Of a stretch of 64,000 nt of DNA, positions 54,554 to 64,000 are shown piece after piece; position 1 is the stretch's first letter; each line of letters begins with the position of its first letter. The translations under genes were made by a program, and so were the position numbers. The stretch lies in NCBI RefSeq assembly GCF_009914755.1, contig NC_060948.1. One strand, written 5' to 3'. The DNA is from the human T2T-CHM13v2.0 reference genome, Homo sapiens. Under the pieces are notes generated by a model that saw only the letters and a list, made by a program, of their open reading frames with translations, did not search any database and was not told where the DNA came from.

Positions 54554-56658
54554 AGATCCATATTTTTTAAATGAAAAAAAATTTCAAAGGTACTCTGCTT
54601 GGTACAATAATCAAATGTATAAACTGAGGAATAAAACATAACCATGAAACCTACTTATAACTGCATATGGAAAATACAGAGGATAATTTTTTAAATAACA
54701 TATTTTGAAAGCCTTAACTAGTAATTTGAAGAGTTGGCATTTGAAAGGCCAGTATGAATATACCTTCAAAGCAGCAACACAGGTTCCCCATGAGAAAAAG
54801 CAAACACAGGGAAAATAAAAACACAAAGGTGCAATCTCTTCTGACCTTTGAAAGACACAGCACAGACAGTGGTCCTTAGGACGAAGAGCAGGAGACCCCT
54901 AATTCCGTCACCATGGCGATAGGGCATAAACATTGCTGGGTGAGGGCACAATCCACATTGTGAGGTCCAACTGCTGCCAGGAAGACAGGAGTGCTTTTAC
55001 ATAGACCGAAAGGTCATTGAAGGCTCAGAGTTTTGTTTCAAGAACTGAATCCCAAGCCCACACGTTATTAGGCTGTGCTTCTTAAAACAAGTTATGAGAT
55101 GGGAAAAAGGGCACCCACAAACATACGTATACATTATGTATATAATAATATACAGTATCATATATATAATATATATAACCTATGTATAATATTGTTTTAC
55201 ATCCTGCATCTTATGTTATATATATTGTATAAAATATAATAATTGATAATATATAAGTTTTATAATTATACAATATGACATATAGTATATATTATAATTT
55301 ATGACATATATAATATATGTTATATGTCATATATAGAATATATTATACGGTTAATATACGTATTAAATATAAATTATACATTATATATATTATATATAAT
55401 ATATCTGTTATATATAATACCCATTATGCATAATATATATATTATGTCTATGTTATATATAGTATAAAACAACATATAATAATATATAATTGTATATATA
55501 AAATGCGACATATAATATATATTATATTTTATAACATATGTAATATATATTATATATTATATATAATACGTTGTATGTATAATACCTATATTAAATATAT
55601 ATTATATGACTATGTTATTAATTACATGTCACATGTGTTATATATTATATATTTTACACAGAATATACCGGTTACATACAATATATACTATGTTACCTAT
55701 AATGTATAATTTATTACATGTAAAATAAAGAATGCAATATATTATGTATAATTTATAATATACCATATGTGGAATGTGATATATATAACATATAATATAT
55801 GATATATGATATACAGTATATGATATATAACATACAATATATGATTCCTAATATATATGGTATACAATATATATTTTATGATATGTATTCTATATGTTTT
55901 ATATTCTGTTATATATAACTATTTGAAATTATATATAACTGTATAATATTTTATGTAAATATGTAATATAATATATATAACTATATAATATATTATATAT
56001 AACTATATATTATGTTATATATACTTTTATAACATAATTTACATAAAATATCATAATATAATATATATTATATTATTTCATATTACATAATATATATTAC
56101 ATATCACCCAATATAACTAACATACATAATATTATAATATAGATTATATTGTGTTATATTAAATATCATATATATCATGTATCATATATTCTATAATATA
56201 TATTACACATTATATAATATGTATGTTGTCTATTATGTGATATATATAACTCTATATATAATTATATTTTTATACATATAACTAGATAAACATGTAATTC
56301 TACATATTTTCATTTATAATATGTAGAATTATATAATCATATATAATTATTTATATTCTATAAAAAATTTTATCATTATATAAATTATAATATATAAAAA
56401 TTATAATATGTACTACAAATATATATATTATATATCATATATGATATAGTACCTTTGTTATATATCATAATACATATAAATGTGTATTATGTTATCTATA
56501 ATTATATAATTTCATATATAAGATGTATAATATGTATCATATATTATATATGTTATGTAATATATATAGTATATATAAGATGACACAGGATAAATATTAT
56601 ATACTATGACATATAAAATATATGAGGTTATATGTTACATATAAGGCATAGCACATAA

Positions 56659-56973
<315 letters not shown>

Positions 56974-59076
56974 AGATCCATATTTTTTAAATGAAAAAAA
57001 ATTTCAAAGGTACTCTGCTTGGTACAATAATCAAATGTATAAACTGAGGAATAAAACATAACCATGAAACCTACTTATAACTGCATATGGAAAATACAGA
57101 GGATAATTTTTTAAATAACATATTTTGAAAGCCTTAACTAGTAATTTGAAGAGTTGGCATTTGAAAGGCCAGTATGAATATACCTTCAAAGCAGCAACAC
57201 AGGTTCCCCATGAGAAAAAGCAAACACAGGGAAAATAAAAACACAAAGGTTCAATCTCTTCTGACCTTTGAAAGACACAGCACAGACAGTGGTCCTTAGG
57301 ACGAAGAGCAGGAGACCCCTAATTCCGTCACCATGGCGATAGGGCATAAACATTGCTGGGTGAGGGCACAATCCACATTGTGAGGTCCAACTGCTGCCAG
57401 GAAGACAGGAGTGTTTTTACATAGACCGAAAGGTCATTGAAGGCTCAGAGTTTTGTTTCAAGAACTGAATCCCAAGCCCACACGTTATTAGGCTGCGCTT
57501 CTTAAAACAAGTTATGAGATGGGAAAAAGGGCACCCACAAACATACGTATACATTATGTATATAATAATATACAGTATCATATATATAATATATATAACC
57601 TATGTATAATATTGTTTTACATCCTGCATCTTATGTTATATATATTGTATAAAATATAATAATTGATAATATATAAGTTTTATAATTATACAATATGACA
57701 TATAGTATATATTATAATTTATGACATATATAATATATGTTATATGTCATATATAGAATATATTATAGGGTTAATATACGTATTAAATATAAATTATACA
57801 TTATATATATTATATATAATATATCTGTTATATATAATACCCATTATGCATAATATATATATTATGTCTATGTTATATATAGTATAAAACAACATATAAT
57901 AATATATAATTGTATATATAAAATGCGACATAGAATATATATTATATTTTATAACATATGTAATATATATTATATATTATATATAATACGTTGTATGTAT
58001 AATACCTATATTAAATATATATTATATGACTATGTTATTAATTACATGTCACATGTGTTATATATTATATATTTTACATAGAATATACCGGTTACATACA
58101 ATATATACTATGTTACCTATAATGTATAATTTATTACATGTAAAATAAAGAATGCAATATATTATGTATAATTTATAATATACAATATGTGGAATGTGAT
58201 ATATATAACATATAATATATGATATATGATATACAGTATATGATATATAACATACAATATATGATTCCTAATATATATGGTATACAATATATATTTTATG
58301 ATATGTATTATATATGTTTTATATTCTGTTATATATAACTATTTGAAATTATATATAACTGTATAATATTTTATGTAAATATGTAATATAATATATATAA
58401 CTATATAATATATTATATATAACTATATATTATGTTATATATACTTTTATAACATAATTTACATAAAATATCATAATATAATATATATTATATTATTTCA
58501 TATTACATAATATATATTACATATCACCCAATATAACTAACATACAAAATATTATAATATAGATTATATTGTGTTATATTAAATATCATATATATCATGT
58601 ATCATATATTCTATAATATATATTACACATTATATAATATGTATGTTGTCTATTATGTGATATATATAACTATATATAATTATATTTTTATACATATAAC
58701 TAGATAAACCTGTAATTCTACATATTTTCATTTATAATATGTAGAATTATATAATCATATATAATTATTTATATTCTATAAAAAATTTTATCATTATATA
58801 AATTATAATATATAAAAATTATAATATGTACTACAAATATATATATTATATATCATATATGATATAGTACCTTTGTTATATATCATAATACATATAAATG
58901 TGTATTATGTTATCTATAATTATATAATTTCATATATAAGATGTATAATATGTATCATATATTATATATGTTATGTAATATATATAGTATATATAAGATG
59001 ACACAGGATAAATATTATATACTATGACATATAAAATATATGAGGTTATATGTTACATATAAGGCATAGCACATAA

Positions 59077-59391
<315 letters not shown>

Positions 59392-61494
59392 AGATCCATA
59401 TTTTGTAAATGAAAAAAAATTTCAAAGGTACTCTGCTTGGTACAATAATCAAATGTATAAACTGAGGAATAAAACATAACCATGAAACCTACTTATAACT
59501 GCATATGGAAAATACAGAGGATAATTTTTTAAATAACATATTTTGAAAGCCTTAACTAGTAATTTGAAGAGTTGGCATTTGAAAGGCCAGTATGAATATA
59601 CCTTCAAAGCAGCAACACAGGTTCCCCATGAGAAAAAGCAAACACAGGGAAAATAAAAACACAAAGGTTCAATCTCTTCTGACCTTTGAAAGACACAGCA
59701 CAGACAGTGGTCCTTAGGACGAAGAGCAGGAGACCCCTAATTCCGTCACCATGGCGATAGGGCATAAACATTGCTGGGTGAGGGCACAATCCACATTGTG
59801 AGGTCCAACTGCTGCCAGGAAGACAGGAGTGCTTTTACATAGACCGAAAGGTCATTGAAGGCTCAGAGTTTTGTTTCAAGAACTGAATCCCAAGCCCACA
59901 CGTTATTAGGCTGCGCTTCTTAAAACAAGTTATGAGATGGGAAAAAGGGCACCCACAAACATACGTATACATTATGTATATAATAATATACAGTATCATA
60001 TATATAATATATATAACCTATGTATAATATTGTTTTACATCCTGCATCTTATGTTATATATATTGTATAAAATATAATAATTGATAATATATAAGTTTTA
60101 TAATTATACAATATGACATATAGTATATATTATAATTTATGACATATATAATATATGTTATATATCGTATATAGAATATATTATACGGTTAATATACGTA
60201 TTAAATATAAATTATACATTATATATATTATATATAATATATCTGTTATATATAATACCCATTATGCATAATATATATATTATGTCTATGTTATATATAG
60301 TATAAAACAACATATAATAATATATAATTGTATATAAAATGCGACATATAATATATATTATATTTTATAACATATGTACTATATATTATATATTATATAT
60401 AATACCTTGTATGTATAATACCTATATTAAATATATATTATATGACTATGTTATTAATTACATGTCACATGTGTTATATATTATATATTTTACATAGAAT
60501 ATACTGGTTACATACAATATATACTATGTTACCTATAATGTATAATTTATTACATGTAAAATAAATAATGCAATATATTATGTATAATTTATAATATACA
60601 ATATGTGGAATGTGATATATATAACATATAATATATGATATATGATATACAGTATATGATATATAACATACAACATATGATTCCTAATATATATGGTATA
60701 CAATATATATTTTATGATATGTATTCTATATGTTTTATATTCTGTTATATATAACTATTTGAAATTATATATAACTGTATAATATTTTATGTAAATATGT
60801 AATATAATATATATAACTATATAATATATTATATATAACTATATATTATGTTATATATACTTTTATAACATAATTTACATAAAATATCATAATATAATAT
60901 ATATTATATTATTTCATATTACATAATATATATTACATATCACCCAATATAACTAACATACATAATATTATAATATAGATTATATTGTGTTATATTAAAT
61001 ATCATATATATCATGTATCATATATTCTATAATATATATTACACATTATATAATATGTATGTTGTCTACTTTGTGATATATATAACTCTATATATAATTA
61101 TATTTTTATACATATAACTAGATAAACATGTAATTCTACATATTTTCATTTATAATATGTAGAATTATATAATCATATATAATTATTTATATTCTATAAA
61201 AAATTTTATCATTATATAAATTATAATATATAAAAATTATAATATGTACTACAAATATATATATTATATATCATATATGATATAGTACCTTTGTTATATA
61301 TCATAATACATATAAATGTGTATTATGTTGTCTATAATTATATAATTTCATATATAAGATGTATAATATGTATCCTATATTATATATGTTATGTAATATA
61401 TATAGTATATATAAGATGACACAGGATAAATATTATATACTATGACATATAAAATATATGAGGTTATATGTTACATATAAGGCATAGCACATAA

Positions 61495-61809
<315 letters not shown>

Positions 61810-63935
61810 AGATCCATATTTTTTAAATGAAAAAAAATTTCAAAGGTACTCTGCTTGGTACAATAATCAAATGTATAAACTGAGGAATAAAACATAACCA
61901 TGAAACCTACTTATAACTGCATATGGAAAATACAGAGGATAATTTTTTAAATAACATATTTTGAAAGCCTTAACTAGTAATTTGAAGAGTTGGCATTGGA
62001 AAGGCCAGTATGAATATACCTTCAAAGCAGCAACACAGGTTCCCCATGAGAAAAAGCAAACACAGGGAAAATAAAAACACAAAGGTTCAATCTCTTCTGA
62101 CCTTTGAAAGACACAGCACAGACAGTGGTCCTTAGGACGAAGAGCAGGAGACCCCTAATTCCGTCACCATGGCGATAGGGCATAAACATTGCTGGGTGAG
62201 GGCACAATCCACATTGTGAGGTCCAACTGCTGCCAGGAAGACAGGAGTGTTTTTACATAGACCGAAAGGTCATTGAAGGCTCAGAGTTTTGTTTCAAGAA
62301 CTGAATCCCAAGCCCACACGTTATTAGGCTGCGCTTCTTAAAACAAGTTATGAGATGGGAAAAAGGGCACCCACAAACATACGTATACATTATGTATATA
62401 ATAATATACAGTATCATATATATAATATATATAACCTATGTATAATATTGTTTTACATCCTGCATCTTATGTTATATATATTGTATAAAATATAATAATT
62501 GATAATATATAAGTTTTATAATTATACAATATGACATATAGTATGTATTATAACTTATGACATATATAATATATGTTATATATCATTTATAGAATATATT
62601 ATACGGTTAATATACGTATTAAATATAAATTATACATTATATATATTATATATAATATATCTGTTATATATAATACCCATTATGCATAATATATATATTA
62701 TGTCTATGTTATATATAGTATAAAACAACATATAATAATATATAATTGTATATATAAAATGCGACATAGAATATATATTATATTTTATAACATATGCAAT
62801 ATATATTATATATTATATATAATACGTTGTATGTATAATACCTATATTAAATATATATTATATGACTATGTTATTAATTACATGTCACATGTGTTATATA
62901 TTATATATTTTACATAGAATATACCGGTTACATACAATATATACTATGTTACCTATAATGTATAATTTATTACATGTAAAATAAAGAATGTAATATATTA
63001 TGTATAATTTATAATATACAATATGTGGAATGTGATATATATAACATATAATATATGATATATGATATACAGTATATGATATATAACATACAATATATGA
63101 TTCCTAATATATATGGTATACAATATATATTTTATGATATGTATTATATATGTTTTATATTCTGTTATATATAACTATTTGAAATTATATATAACTGTAT
63201 AATATTTTATGTAAATATGTAATATAATATATATAACTATATAATATATTATATATAACTATATATTATGTTATATATACTTTTATAACATAATTTACAT
63301 AAAATATCATAATATAATATATATTATATTATTTCATATTACATAATATATATTACATATCACCCAATATAACTAACATACATAATATTATAATATAGAT
63401 TATATTGTGTTATATTAAATATCATATATATCATGTATCATATATTCTATAATATATATTACACATTATATAATATGTATGTTGTCTATTATGTGATATA
63501 TATAACTATATATAATTATATTTTTATACATATAACTAGATAAACCTGTAATTCTACATATTTTCATTTATAATATGTAGAATTATATAAACATATATAA
63601 TTATTTATATTCTATAAAAAATTTTATCATTATATAAATTATAATATATAAAAATTATAATATGTACTACAAATATATATATTATATATCATATATGATA
63701 TAGTACCTTTGTTATATATCATAATACATATAAATGTGTATTATGTTATCTATAATTATATAATTTCATATATAAGATGTATAATATGTATCATATATTA
63801 TATATGTTATGTAATATATATAGTATATATAAGATGACACAGGATAAATATTATATACTATGACATATAAAATATATGAGGTTATATGTTACATATAAGG
63901 CATAGCACATAACATGTAATATATATCATATATAA

Positions 63936-64000
63936 TTTTTTTTTAGACAGAATCTTCTCCTGTTGCACAGGGTGGGGTACAATGGCGCCATCTTTGCTCA
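63936..64000 (-). mobile_element. Diverged Alu, copy 27 (3' end only, cut by window edge)
   Basis: T9-AGACAGAATCTTCTCCTGTTGCACAGGG..., sharing the CTTCTCC variant with copy 25. Confidence 0.9.

Overview
The whole window is one uninterrupted head-to-tail tandem array of a ~2.42 kb composite unit: 26 complete Alu-plus-GC-segment copies, plus partial units at both ends. Unit spacing read from the ORF track is 2413-2423 bp (mean ~2418). Each unit has three parts: (i) a diverged, 5'-clipped Alu on the minus strand (~290 bp), (ii) a ~570 bp moderately GC-rich HSATI-type segment, and (iii) a ~1.55 kb extremely AT-rich low-complexity segment. This architecture, the period, and a predicted ~2.15 kb HaeIII fragment identify it as the human DYZ2 / HSat1B satellite, most probably Yq12 heterochromatin. 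Related cassettes exist on the acrocentrics and at 22q11, so the location is inferred. No credible protein-coding gene, RNA gene, CRISPR array or new enzymatic system is visible, and the ORFs are artefacts repeated with the unit. The informative signal lies in the variants between copies: local monomer duplications, 2-unit (~4.84 kb) higher-order patterns at both ends, long-range shared variant pairs, a stepwise GG>CG>CA change, a fixed 16-bp duplication inside the Alu, and Alu diagnostic positions that look more AluSc-like than AluY-like.
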